From Gammaproteobacteria bacterium (lineage in GTDB: Bacteria; Pseudomonadota; Gammaproteobacteria; Enterobacterales; Psychrobiaceae): a stretch of 24,000 nucleotides of DNA. The DNA lies in the NCBI GenBank assembly GCA_013214965.1, contig JABSRU010000015.1:35307-59306 (forward strand), in the 5' to 3' direction. The position numbers and the translations under genes were made by a program. Under the pieces are notes generated by a model. That model did not search any database. It saw nothing but the letters and a program-made list of their open reading frames with translations, and was not told the origin of the DNA. Numbering within the stretch: position 1 is the first letter of the stretch; each line of letters begins with the position of its first letter. This document shows, one piece after another, positions 9,666 to 17,423 of the stretch.

Positions 9666-9689
9666 GCCGATCCTAGTTCAAGGATCGGC
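9666..9689 (-). other. Intercistronic GC-rich stem-loop between prpC and acnD
   Basis: Perfect 9-bp inverted repeat GCCGATCCT (9666-9674) and AGGATCGGC (9681-9689) with a 6-nt loop. No U-run follows on the transcribed (minus) strand, so it is not a canonical terminator. Confidence 0.6.
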
Positions 9690-9708
9690 AGCGAGCTTAT
9701 ACTTATTA

Positions 9709-10833
9709 TTAGCGCTCGTTAATTGGGGTGACTTTTCTTGGTTCGCTACCGGTGTAATCGGCACTTGGTCGAATAATACGGTTATTTGTACGTTGCTCCA
9801 TGACATGAGCGGCCCAACCGGTTAAACGTGAACACACAAAGATTGGGGTAAATAACTTCGTTGGGATCCCCATGTAGTTGTAAGTTGAAGCATGGAAGAA
9901 ATCGGCATTACAGAACAATTTTTTCTCGTCCCACATAAATTCTTCACAGGCGACCGAAATATCATACAGAGAAGTATCACCATTCTCAGCGGCTAATTTT
10001 TGTGACCATTGTTTAATGATGACATTACGCGGATCCGAGGTGCTATAAATAGCGTGACCAAAGCCCATGATTTTTTCTTTGTTGGCTAACATTTTTGCCA
10101 TTTCTTCTTTGGCATGGCTCGGTGAATCAAACTTCAAAATCATATCCATGGCGGCTTCATTTGCGCCACCATGCAATGGACCTCGCAAAGTACCAATAGC
10201 GCCAGTGATACAAGAATACATATCTGATAATGTTGAAGCACAAACACGGGCGGTAAAAGTGGATGCATTAAACTCATGTTCGGCATATAAAATTAATGAC
10301 ACATCTATCACCCGGCGATGCTGTTCTGACGGGGAGGTGCCATTCAGTAATTTAAGGAAATGGCCACCGAGAGATTGTTCATCGGTAACACAATCAATTT
10401 CAACATTGTCATGGCTATAACGATACCAAAAAGTCATGATCGCAGGGAAGGCGGCTAATAAACGATTAGCGGCTACTTGCTGCATACTAAAATCACTTTC
10501 GGGTTCTAAATTACCAAGAAATGAACAACCGGTACGCATCACATCCATTGGATGGGCATCTTTAGGAATTAGCTTTAACACTTCTTTTAATGCTTTGGGT
10601 AAATCGCGCATTTCAAATAACTGTGCTTTGTAGGTTGATAGCTGTGCCGAATTAGGTAATTCGCCATTAAATAATAAAAAAGCCACTTCTTCAAAGGTTG
10701 CATTGTCCGCTAAATCTGAGACATCATAACCACAGTAAGTTAATCCTGAACCGCTTTTACCGACAGTACATAAAGTTGTTTCGCCGGCTGATTGACCACG
10801 TAAACCAGCACCTGATAATTTTTTATCGCTCAT
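9709..10833 (-). CDS. prpC: 2-methylcitrate synthase
   Basis: Citrate-synthase-family protein of 374 aa with the catalytic-region motifs GPLHGGANE and GFGHAIY, located between prpB and acnD. AAGGA ribosome-binding site. The gene ends in three consecutive in-frame TAA codons (9703-9711). Confidence 0.95.
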   Translation of the reverse strand: MSDKKLSGAGLRGQSAGETTLCTVGKSGSGLTYCGYDVSDLADNATFEEVAFLLFNGELPNSAQLSTYKAQLFEMRDLPKALKEVLKLIPKDAHPMDVMRTGCSFLGNLEPESDFSMQQVAANRLLAAFPAIMTFWYRYSHDNVEIDCVTDEQSLGGHFLKLLNGTSPSEQHRRVIDVSLILYAEHEFNASTFTARVCASTLSDMYSCITGAIGTLRGPLHGGANEAAMDMILKFDSPSHAKEEMAKMLANKEKIMGFGHAIYSTSDPRNVIIKQWSQKLAAENGDTSLYDISVACEEFMWDEKKLFCNADFFHASTYNYMGIPTKLFTPIFVCSRLTGWAAHVMEQRTNNRIIRPSADYTGSEPRKVTPINER

Positions 10834-10906
10834 TGCTCAATTCCTTATTGATTATTATATATCGATGGCGTTGATGTTAATGCCTCAAAGCCATGGGAAA
10901 ATTCGG

Positions 10907-11791
10907 TTATTTCTCTTGGCTAAAAAGGTTATCTAGTTTTTGCTCATATTCGTGATAACCTAAAAATTCATAGAGATCGACGCGACTTTGCATCGTATCG
11001 ACTACATCACGCTGGTGGCCATTTTTACGCACTGACTTGAGAACATTAAGAGCGGCATTGTTTGCTGCTCGGAAGGTACTTAATGGATAAAGCACCATAT
11101 CTGCCCCTGCGTCACCAAGCTGTTTTGTGTCAAATAACTCTGTTTTACCAAACTCAGTCATATTGGCTAAAATAGGCACGCCTACGGCATCTTTAAATTG
11201 ACGATATTGAGTTAATTCGGTCAATGCTTCGGCAAAAATCATATCGGCACCTGCAGCGACATAGGCTTTGGCACGCTCAATCGCAGACTCTAAACCCTCA
11301 ACGGCTAACGCATCGGTCCGAGCCATAATGACAAAATCTGGATTGGTACGCGCATCGACTGCTGACTTTATCCGATCAACCATTTCTTCGGTCGAAACCA
11401 CAGCTTTATTCGGACGATGGCCACAACGTTTTTGTGAGACCTGATCTTCCATGTGAACCGCCGCAACGCCAGCGCGTTCAAATTCCCTGATGGTACGGGC
11501 GATGTTAAATGAACCACCCCAACCGGTATCAATATCAACCAATAACGGAACATCGGTCGCTGCGGTAATTCGCGAGGCGTCGGTCACCACATCATTCATT
11601 GAGGTCATGCCTAAATCAGGTAAACCAAACGAGGCATTAGCGACGCCAGCACCGGATAAATAAATGGCATTAAAACCAGCTTGTTCCGCCATTAGAGCAA
11701 AGTAAGCATTCACCGTTCCAATAATTTGTAAGGGTTGTTCTTGTTCGATCGCGGTGCGAAAACGTGCACCTGCAGAGAGTTTAGTCATCAT
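10907..11791 (-). CDS. prpB: 2-methylisocitrate lyase
   Basis: Isocitrate-lyase/PEP-mutase fold motifs are present: [27 protein letters not shown] and HMEDQV..KRCGH. It is the first enzyme gene of the prp cluster. Tandem ATGs at 11791 and 11788 are both possible starts. Confidence 0.95.
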   Translation of the reverse strand: MMTKLSAGARFRTAIEQEQPLQIIGTVNAYFALMAEQAGFNAIYLSGAGVANASFGLPDLGMTSMNDVVTDASRITAATDVPLLVDIDTGWGGSFNIARTIREFERAGVAAVHMEDQVSQKRCGHRPNKAVVSTEEMVDRIKSAVDARTNPDFVIMARTDALAVEGLESAIERAKAYVAAGADMIFAEALTELTQYRQFKDAVGVPILANMTEFGKTELFDTKQLGDAGADMVLYPLSTFRAANNAALNVLKSVRKNGHQRDVVDTMQSRVDLYEFLGYHEYEQKLDNLFSQEK

Positions 11792-11799
11792 AGAATCCT

Positions 11800-12507
11800 T
11801 TAGTTATTCGCAGCGATTAAACTTAATCGTTGCTCGGTATTTTTTCGGGCAGCACTAATATGGCGTTTCATTAGTAACTGGGCCAATTCACCGTCACGTG
11901 CTGCAATAGCTTCGACAATTCGACGATGTTCTTTAAATGCTTTTTGCGGCCGGGTTGTTTCGGCGCTACACTGAAAACGGTACATTCTAATAATGTGGTA
12001 TAAATCTATGGTTAAGGTATTGATCAAGGTTCTATTTTTAGAACCAGTGATAATCAAGTAATGGAAATCTAAATCGCCTTGCTGTTGATAATAGCTATCG
12101 CCCTGCTGCAATTGTTCTGATTGCTCATGACTTAATAACAGGTTTTCGAGTTCTTTAATCTCGTCATCGGTCATGTTTTCAGCCGCTAGTTGAGCGGCCA
12201 TCCCTTCGAGCACTTCGCGAACCTTAAATAAATCACTTAACTCATTAATATCGAGTGAAACCACTCGTGCGCCCACATGAGGAATGCGCTCAATCAGTTT
12301 TTGCGATTCTAGCCGGCTGATTGCTTCGCGCAGTGGACCGCGGCTAATGCCATAGGTTGCAGCAAGCTCTTGTTCATTTATTTTGCTGCCGTTAGGGATT
12401 TCACCTTTAATAATAGCGGTTTGAATTTTGGTTAGGACCTGCTCGGCTAAGGTGAGCGAAGTTTTAACACTATTTTTTTGCTTACTCTTTAAAATCGCCA
12501 CTGACAT
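11800..12507 (-). CDS. GntR/FadR-family transcriptional regulator, likely regulator of the prp operon
   Basis: An N-terminal winged helix-turn-helix ([23 protein letters not shown]) is followed by an FCD-type C-terminal domain. Only 8 nt separate its stop from prpB, so it is probably co-transcribed. This organisation is known for AcnD/PrpF-type prp clusters. Confidence 0.85.
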   Translation of the reverse strand: MSVAILKSKQKNSVKTSLTLAEQVLTKIQTAIIKGEIPNGSKINEQELAATYGISRGPLREAISRLESQKLIERIPHVGARVVSLDINELSDLFKVREVLEGMAAQLAAENMTDDEIKELENLLLSHEQSEQLQQGDSYYQQQGDLDFHYLIITGSKNRTLINTLTIDLYHIIRMYRFQCSAETTRPQKAFKEHRRIVEAIAARDGELAQLLMKRHISAARKNTEQRLSLIAANN

Positions 12508-12546
12508 CTGTCCAACTTAGTAATATTACTTTATCAATTTATTAAC

Positions 12547-12576
12547 AATTTACGTGTCAAACAGGGTAATTGTCAA
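12547..12576 (-). promoter_or_regulatory. Candidate sigma70 promoter of the GntR-prpBC-acnD-prpF operon
   Basis: On the minus strand there is a perfect -35 TTGACA (12571-12576) embedded in operator copy 1, an 18-bp spacer and -10 TAAATT (12547-12552). It lies about 40 nt upstream of the ATG at 12507. Pattern match only. Confidence 0.35.
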
Positions 12577-12580
12577 CAAT
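12569..12580. promoter_or_regulatory. Palindromic operator copy 1 (ATTGTCAACAAT), GntR-type
   Basis: The arms ATTGT and ACAAT are reverse complements. The sequence fits the generic FadR-subfamily GntR pattern (t.GT...AC.a). It overlaps the -35 TTGACA of the putative prp promoter. The extended motif ATTGTCnACAATGTT is repeated at 12697. Confidence 0.5.
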
Positions 12581-12696
12581 GTTTACTTATTTAACAATAA
12601 TAATAGTTTGAATTAAATTAAACTTAGGTCTTAATTTTTTCAAGTGTCTGTTTTTTGGTGTTTTTGTTTTATTTGACTAGAGTCGTTTGGATTTTT

Positions 12697-12708
12697 ATTG
12701 TCGACAAT
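12697..12708. promoter_or_regulatory. Palindromic operator copy 2 (ATTGTCGACAAT), perfect 12-bp palindrome
   Basis: Perfect dyad followed by the same GTT as copy 1. Its centre is 128 bp from copy 1 and about 30 bp upstream of the -35 of the 12787 gene promoter. Confidence 0.5.
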
Positions 12709-12729
12709 GTTCTGATTGTTTGTTTTTGG

Positions 12730-12757
12730 TTAACAAATAGCATGGTTATTGTATAAT
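12730..12757 (+). promoter_or_regulatory. Candidate sigma70 promoter of the orphan secreted-protein gene
   Basis: -35 TTAACA (12730-12735), a 16-bp spacer and a perfect -10 TATAAT (12752-12757). This is followed by AGAGG (12775-12779) 7 nt before the TTG start. Confidence 0.5.
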
Positions 12758-12786
12758 CACCGCAACTAAACGATAGAGGTTCGATT

Positions 12787-13260
12787 TTGAAATTTAAACA
12801 GTGGTTCTCGATAGCGCTTTTAGGCTTGTCTTCATCGGTGATGGCACAATTTTGTCCTTTACCTGATTCTTTACCCACTGAAAAACAGCAAGATCAATTG
12901 TTTGTTACTGCAATGTTTGAAGCTGATTATGTGTTTCGAGGTAGGTTATTCACTTTTTTTGATGATCGTTGCGACGGTGACATTTGTACTTGGGGTAGCT
13001 TGGTTTTTAAACGCTTAGAAGATATTGAAGGATTTAGTCATCCTTATATTGAAGGAGACTGGATTGAACGGTGTGATCAAGTTTGGCTGCATCCAACAGC
13101 ATGGCGCAGTGATAAAACCAAAGGCGCTTATAAGGTTAATGATCAATATTTAGTATTGGCTAATGATACACCCAATGGCATCGTATTTATTGGATCGCGA
13201 CGTGGTTTGAAGGTTAAAGAATTAATGATGAAATTTGAGTTAGCTAGAATTAGTCGATAA
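12787..13260 (+). CDS. Hypothetical secreted protein (157 aa, signal peptide, cysteine-containing)
   Basis: TTG start with a good ribosome-binding site and promoter. The N-terminus MKFKQWFSIALLGLSSSVMAQ is a classical Sec signal with an AXA-like cleavage site. I recognise no family. Confidence 0.6.
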   Translation: MKFKQWFSIALLGLSSSVMAQFCPLPDSLPTEKQQDQLFVTAMFEADYVFRGRLFTFFDDRCDGDICTWGSLVFKRLEDIEGFSHPYIEGDWIERCDQVWLHPTAWRSDKTKGAYKVNDQYLVLANDTPNGIVFIGSRRGLKVKELMMKFELARISR

Positions 13261-13269
13261 TAAATAAAT

Positions 13270-13293
13270 GGGATTGATGATGAAATCAATCCC
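13270..13293. terminator. Shared stem-loop between convergent genes (possible bidirectional terminator)
   Basis: 9-bp stem GGGATTGAT (13270-13278) and ATCAATCCC (13285-13293) with a 6-nt loop, in the 42-bp gap between the 12787 gene and raiA. The flanks are A/T-rich but neither side has a clean U-tract. Confidence 0.5.
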
Positions 13294-13302
13294 TAGGTCG
13301 GA

Positions 13303-13701
13303 TTATGCTTCTAATGCGCCGCGGTCGGCCAATGCATTATATTCGTCTTGCAGTTCTTGTTCACTGGCGGACTCACTCGAAACGTTATCACTTGAGTGAA
13401 CTTTATCAAGATGTTTACTTTTGTGCTTTCTAAGCTGATTTTCTAACTTACCAATTAAGTTATTGACGGCATTTTTAATATGTCGATCAGCGGTTGCAGT
13501 GGCAAAAATATCACTACCAGGAATATGAATTTGCGCTTCGGCGACAATCAGGTGAGTATCGTGTTTTTCAGTGGTAAAGTTAACATTAACACTGGTTATT
13601 TGATCGCTAAAACGTTCTAAACTTTGAATGGACTGTTTGACGTATTCTTGCATTTCATCAGAAACAGAAACATGTTGACCACTTATATTAATTTTATACA
13701 T
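13303..13701 (-). CDS. raiA: Ribosome-associated translation inhibitor / hibernation factor, RaiA(YfiA)/HPF family
   Basis: The N-terminal 95 aa follow the short HPF/YfiA fold pattern (INISGQHV.V...M.EYV......L.RF...I..V.V and a KLE.QL.K helix). An acidic C-terminal tail resembles E. coli RaiA rather than short HPF. A -10-like TATAAT lies on the minus strand at 13735-13740. Confidence 0.8.
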   Translation of the reverse strand: MYKINISGQHVSVSDEMQEYVKQSIQSLERFSDQITSVNVNFTTEKHDTHLIVAEAQIHIPGSDIFATATADRHIKNAVNNLIGKLENQLRKHKSKHLDKVHSSDNVSSESASEQELQDEYNALADRGALEA

Positions 13702-13867
13702 ACAATTTTATCTCTCTTTGTTAGATGGAAAAGAATTATAAAATCGGCTCCTTGTATCGTTGTTCGATAACTAAAAAGTTACATTTTATATAATGATTGT
13801 CAATAGTGAATTGTGATTTAATAGAGATAAATTGATCATGAGTATAAATTTTTAAGGAAGAATAGAT

Positions 13868-14476
13868 TTGAGCACTAAAATTGCTTGTCAACATTGTGAT
13901 TATTTAATGAGCTTTCCTGTGCTCAATCCTGGTCAATGTGCTCTTTGTTCCCGCTGTGGTCATAAGATATCGCGCTTAAAGGTTAATGCGATTAACAATT
14001 TAATGTCCTACTCGTTAACGGGGGTGATTTTGTTGATCTTGTCTCTGTTATTTCCGTTTATGAGTTTCACCTTAAGCGGCAACATGATGGAAATTACACT
14101 ATGGCAGGCGGCTACTGAACTTTATAGTGGACCTTATAAACTACTGGCACTAGGAGTTTTTGCCTTTATTGTGCTGTTTCCAGCAGTGATATTAGGCTTC
14201 ATTTTATTGTTTTTAGTTAGCTTAAATCTGTTTGGTCATACCTTTTATAATTCGACATTATTGCGACTTATTTTTACTCTGTTACCTTGGTCAATGGCGG
14301 AAGTGTTTTTTGTTGCGGTGTTGGTTAGCTTAATCAAATTGGTCACGATTGCTCAAATTGGTATTGGTTTGTCATTTGGCGCTTATTTATTGTTTTGTTT
14401 GTGTTATGTTAAAGTGCTTACTTTAGTGGATAAACATCAATTTTGGTATTGGATGGATTTAGCAAAAAAATCATGA
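13868..14476 (+). CDS. pqiA: PqiA-family inner-membrane protein, N-terminal half-gene (corresponds to repeat 1 of E. coli PqiA)
   Basis: TTG start with AAGGAAG 7 nt upstream. A zinc-ribbon-like CQHC...CALCSRCGH is followed by four hydrophobic helices and the W.MAEVF..A.LVSL.KL motif typical of PqiA repeats. Confidence 0.85.
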   Translation: MSTKIACQHCDYLMSFPVLNPGQCALCSRCGHKISRLKVNAINNLMSYSLTGVILLILSLLFPFMSFTLSGNMMEITLWQAATELYSGPYKLLALGVFAFIVLFPAVILGFILLFLVSLNLFGHTFYNSTLLRLIFTLLPWSMAEVFFVAVLVSLIKLVTIAQIGIGLSFGAYLLFCLCYVKVLTLVDKHQFWYWMDLAKKS

Positions 14477-15132
14477 CTCAATATTCTTCAGATTCTGCCG
14501 CTGAGCAGGGATTAGCCAGTTGCCAAAGTTGTGGCAAGTTATCCACTGTATCGAATAAATTTTGCCGTCGCTGCCGAGCCCCACTTCACTTGAGAAAACC
14601 CTATAATATTCAAAAAACATTGGCGCTATTAATCACGGCATTGATGTTTTATATTCCAGCTAATTTATACCCGATAATGGCGACTGAACAGTTAGGGATG
14701 ATTGAGTCTGCCAATATTGTTGAAGGGGTGATAGCCCTATGGGAAATGGGCTCGCAACCAATAGCGATGGTGGTTTTTATCGCCAGTGTCATTGTGCCAG
14801 TCACTAAGTTTATTATTCTATTCTGGCTTTGTTATAGTGTGCGTTTTAACACCCATATTGATGCTGCTGAGCGCGCCGTATTATATCGTATCACTGAATT
14901 TATAGGCCGTTGGTCAATGGTCGATGTCTTTGTGGTGGCGATTTTAGTGGCGTTAATTCAATTAGGCAGTTTACTTAATGTCCGGCCTGGTATCGCAGCG
15001 CTGACATTCGCAATTTCGGTGGTCTTGACTATGATTGCTGCCATGACTTTTGATCCGCGATTATTATGGGATAAACTCGAATCTTCCGACCAACAGGTCA
15101 CCAATAAACTTAACATTACTAAGGACAATTAA
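14473..15132 (+). CDS. pqiA: PqiA-family inner-membrane protein, C-terminal half-gene (corresponds to repeat 2 of E. coli PqiA)
   Basis: CQSCGK...CRRC zinc ribbon. YIPANLYPIM, EFIGRWSMVDVFVVAILVAL and MTFDPRLLWD closely match my memory of the second half of E. coli PqiA. The ATG at 14473 overlaps the upstream TGA (ATGA). The track extension back to 14443 is probably not translated as a separate start. Confidence 0.85.
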   Translation: MTQYSSDSAAEQGLASCQSCGKLSTVSNKFCRRCRAPLHLRKPYNIQKTLALLITALMFYIPANLYPIMATEQLGMIESANIVEGVIALWEMGSQPIAMVVFIASVIVPVTKFIILFWLCYSVRFNTHIDAAERAVLYRITEFIGRWSMVDVFVVAILVALIQLGSLLNVRPGIAALTFAISVVLTMIAAMTFDPRLLWDKLESSDQQVTNKLNITKDN

Positions 15133-16793
15133 TGTCATCTCAGTCGTCATTTCAACAAGCGAAAGCTGATATTTCTACCCATAATAGAGTCTCAAAGGTG
15201 TGGTTAATACCCTTAGTTGCCTTATGTATTGGTATTTGGATGGTTGCAGATAACTATTATAACCGTGGTCCGCTAATTAGCATTGAATTTCAGAATGCCG
15301 AAGGATTAGAGGCCGGGAAAACGCGGGTAAAAACTCTCAATGTTGACATTGGAGTGGTGCAATCGGTGGTATTAAATGCCCAACGTAATGGGGTTATCGT
15401 GACAGCGAGATTAAACCCGCAAGCACGAGATTTACTCAATAACAACTCATTGTTTTGGGTCGTTAAGCCTCGTATCGGCAGCGGTGGGATTTCGGGGTTA
15501 GGGACTTTAATGTCTGGTTCTTATATTGAATTTGTACCAGGCGAAGGTGCTGAGTCACCGGATGAATTTGTTGGTTTAGAACAAGAGCCTATTACTCCAA
15601 TTGGTGTGCCTGGTATCCGAGTGAGTCTAGAAGGAAATAAAGGAAAATCTGTGTCGGTTGGTGATCCGGTAACTTACCGCGGTTTTGAAGTGGGCCGAGT
15701 GGAACAATCTGATTTTGATGTTAAAAAACGTATCGTCCATTATCAAATTTTTATTCGAGCGCCCTACAGTAATTTGGTAACCGATAACACCTATTTTTGG
15801 AACAGCAGTGGCGTCAGTTTTGAAGCATCAGCCCAAGGGATTAAAGTGAACCTTGGATCGGTTGAATCGTTAATTAGTGGCGGGGTTACTTTTGATGTTC
15901 CCGATGATCTTCCGTTGGGAGAACCGATTGAGAATGCGACCATTTTTAATCTTTACCCCGATAAAGACAGTGTTTATGAGCAACGAAAATACCAATTCAA
16001 AGAGTTTGTGGTGTTATTTAAGGATTCGGTACGCGGTTTAAGCCCTGGAGCACCGATTGAATATCGTGGCATTCGTATTGGCACGGTGACTGATATTTCA
16101 CTATCACTGATTAGTAACAGTGATGTTGAATCCTCGGAACGTCGAATTCCGGTGGTGATTAGGATTGAACCCGCTCGGGTCGGAATGAATAATGATCTTG
16201 CCGCGGTGAGTGCCATTGCACAGCAAATGGATACTTGGGTCGCCCAAGGCTTAAAAGCAACGCTGAAAACAGGCAGTTTACTGACCGGCAGTTTATTTGT
16301 AGATTTAGACTTTTATCCGGTTGATCAAGACTCGGTGATTGGTCTTGTATCAAATAAAGCCGTGATCCCAAGCGTGTCAGGATCGCTGGCACAAATTGAG
16401 CAGAAAGTTTTTGCCATTCTCGATAAGTTTGAACAAATGCCGATTGATGTCACCATTGATAATATCAATCAAATGCTCTCCAGTGCTAATGTCACTATGG
16501 GCGAACTTAAGAAAACCGTGGCGGGCTTAAACACGTTATTAACCGATAAACAAACTCAGGCTATTCCGCAACAAATTAATACCACCCTGAGTCAGTTAAC
16601 CAAAATGATGAAAAGCTATGACGCCAAGTCGCCATTGTATGGCGAACTGGATCAAACAATGAATCAACTACAATTATTTTTACGGGAAGTTAGACCGCTT
16701 ATTAAAGAGTTGAATAACAAACCCAATGCCCTTATTTTTGAAACACAAGCAGACGCTGATCCACAGCCTAAAGGATTAAATAATGAAGATTAA
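15132..16793 (+). CDS. pqiB: Intermembrane transport protein PqiB (multi-MCE-domain periplasmic bridge)
   Basis: 553 aa, similar in size to my memory of E. coli PqiB (about 546 aa). An N-terminal TM anchor is followed by repeated MCE-like segments and a C-terminal coiled-coil-like region. The TAATG overlap with pqiA-2 and an AAGGA ribosome-binding site support the start. Confidence 0.9.
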   Translation: MSSQSSFQQAKADISTHNRVSKVWLIPLVALCIGIWMVADNYYNRGPLISIEFQNAEGLEAGKTRVKTLNVDIGVVQSVVLNAQRNGVIVTARLNPQARDLLNNNSLFWVVKPRIGSGGISGLGTLMSGSYIEFVPGEGAESPDEFVGLEQEPITPIGVPGIRVSLEGNKGKSVSVGDPVTYRGFEVGRVEQSDFDVKKRIVHYQIFIRAPYSNLVTDNTYFWNSSGVSFEASAQGIKVNLGSVESLISGGVTFDVPDDLPLGEPIENATIFNLYPDKDSVYEQRKYQFKEFVVLFKDSVRGLSPGAPIEYRGIRIGTVTDISLSLISNSDVESSERRIPVVIRIEPARVGMNNDLAAVSAIAQQMDTWVAQGLKATLKTGSLLTGSLFVDLDFYPVDQDSVIGLVSNKAVIPSVSGSLAQIEQKVFAILDKFEQMPIDVTIDNINQMLSSANVTMGELKKTVAGLNTLLTDKQTQAIPQQINTTLSQLTKMMKSYDAKSPLYGELDQTMNQLQLFLREVRPLIKELNNKPNALIFETQADADPQPKGLNNED

Positions 16794-17358
16794 TAGCTTA
16801 TGGGCTGGTTTTATCGTGCTTATTATCACTGGCTGTAGTTCAGTGACGCCGCAAGTTAATTATTATCAACTACCACCGGCACCGCTCACGCAGCAGGTTG
16901 ACTTGACTTTACCAACCTTGTTTGTTGAGCGGATACAATTAGTCGATTTTTTACAGCAGCCTAATTTATTATTACAACGGGACAATGGCCAAATATATGT
17001 GACTAAATATCATGTTTGGGCTGAATCATTAGATAAGGCAATTGCGCGGAGCTTAGTTAACACACTAAACAAGCAACAAACTATTTTTAGAACCTATGCT
17101 CAATTAGCAAAAAACTGTACTAAAAACTGCTTTGAATTGCGATTGTTGGTGGAACAATTTTATCCGACAGAGCAAAGTTCAGTACTATTTTCTGGAAAAT
17201 ATCAGTTATATAGAGACCAACAGTTATTGGTGCAACAAGATTTTAATTTTAACCAGCCATTAAATAACGATGGTTATCGTGCTGCCGTGACAGAGCTGCA
17301 AAAACTAACGGTTAAACTTGCATCACAAATTAAACAACAGCTGACGGATTCACTTTAA
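16783..17358 (+). CDS. pqiC: PqiC (YmbA) family outer-membrane lipoprotein
   Basis: Lipobox LIITGCSS, about 190 aa, an 11-nt overlap with pqiB and the conserved position after pqiB. Confidence 0.8.
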   Translation: MKINSLWAGFIVLIITGCSSVTPQVNYYQLPPAPLTQQVDLTLPTLFVERIQLVDFLQQPNLLLQRDNGQIYVTKYHVWAESLDKAIARSLVNTLNKQQTIFRTYAQLAKNCTKNCFELRLLVEQFYPTEQSSVLFSGKYQLYRDQQLLVQQDFNFNQPLNNDGYRAAVTELQKLTVKLASQIKQQLTDSL

Positions 17359-17384
17359 AAACTACTGAGCTTTAGCGTTTTCTA

Positions 17385-17393
17385 TGGTAAAAT
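17385..17393 (+). promoter_or_regulatory. Candidate extended -10 promoter (TGGTAAAAT) for the grx-like/S1/TraB genes
   Basis: TGnTAAAAT lies in the 65-bp gap after pqiC, 31 nt upstream of the ATG at 17424. The -35 region is poor (CTGAGC). Pattern match only. Confidence 0.35.
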
Positions 17394-17423
17394 CCGCGAA
17401 ATTTTTGTTTGTGAGGTTTTATC

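Noticed and set aside
10067-10633. 117-aa and 65-aa plus-strand ORFs
   Set aside because: Antisense shadow ORFs inside prpC.
10834-10906. TATAAT-like hexamer between prpB and prpC as an internal promoter
   Set aside because: The best -35 (TTAACA) is only 15 bp away, and other spacings give poor hexamers. AT-rich intergenic sequence produces such matches by chance.
14443-14472. Upstream extension of the second pqiA half (MVLDGFSKKI...)
   Set aside because: It is rejected as an independent start. It begins at a non-ATG codon inside half 1 with no ribosome-binding site, and the ATG at 14473 forms an ATGA overlap. Its openness matters only for the frameshift/fusion hypothesis.
13868-15132. Split pqiA read as a decayed pseudogene
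   Set aside because: Both halves are full-length with intact zinc-ribbon and membrane motifs and a clean ATGA junction. As far as I recall, two separate PqiA-like genes upstream of pqiB occur in other bacteria. I kept the junction as a finding rather than calling a pseudogene.
15974-16392. 80-aa and 77-aa minus-strand ORFs
   Set aside because: Antisense shadow ORFs inside pqiB.
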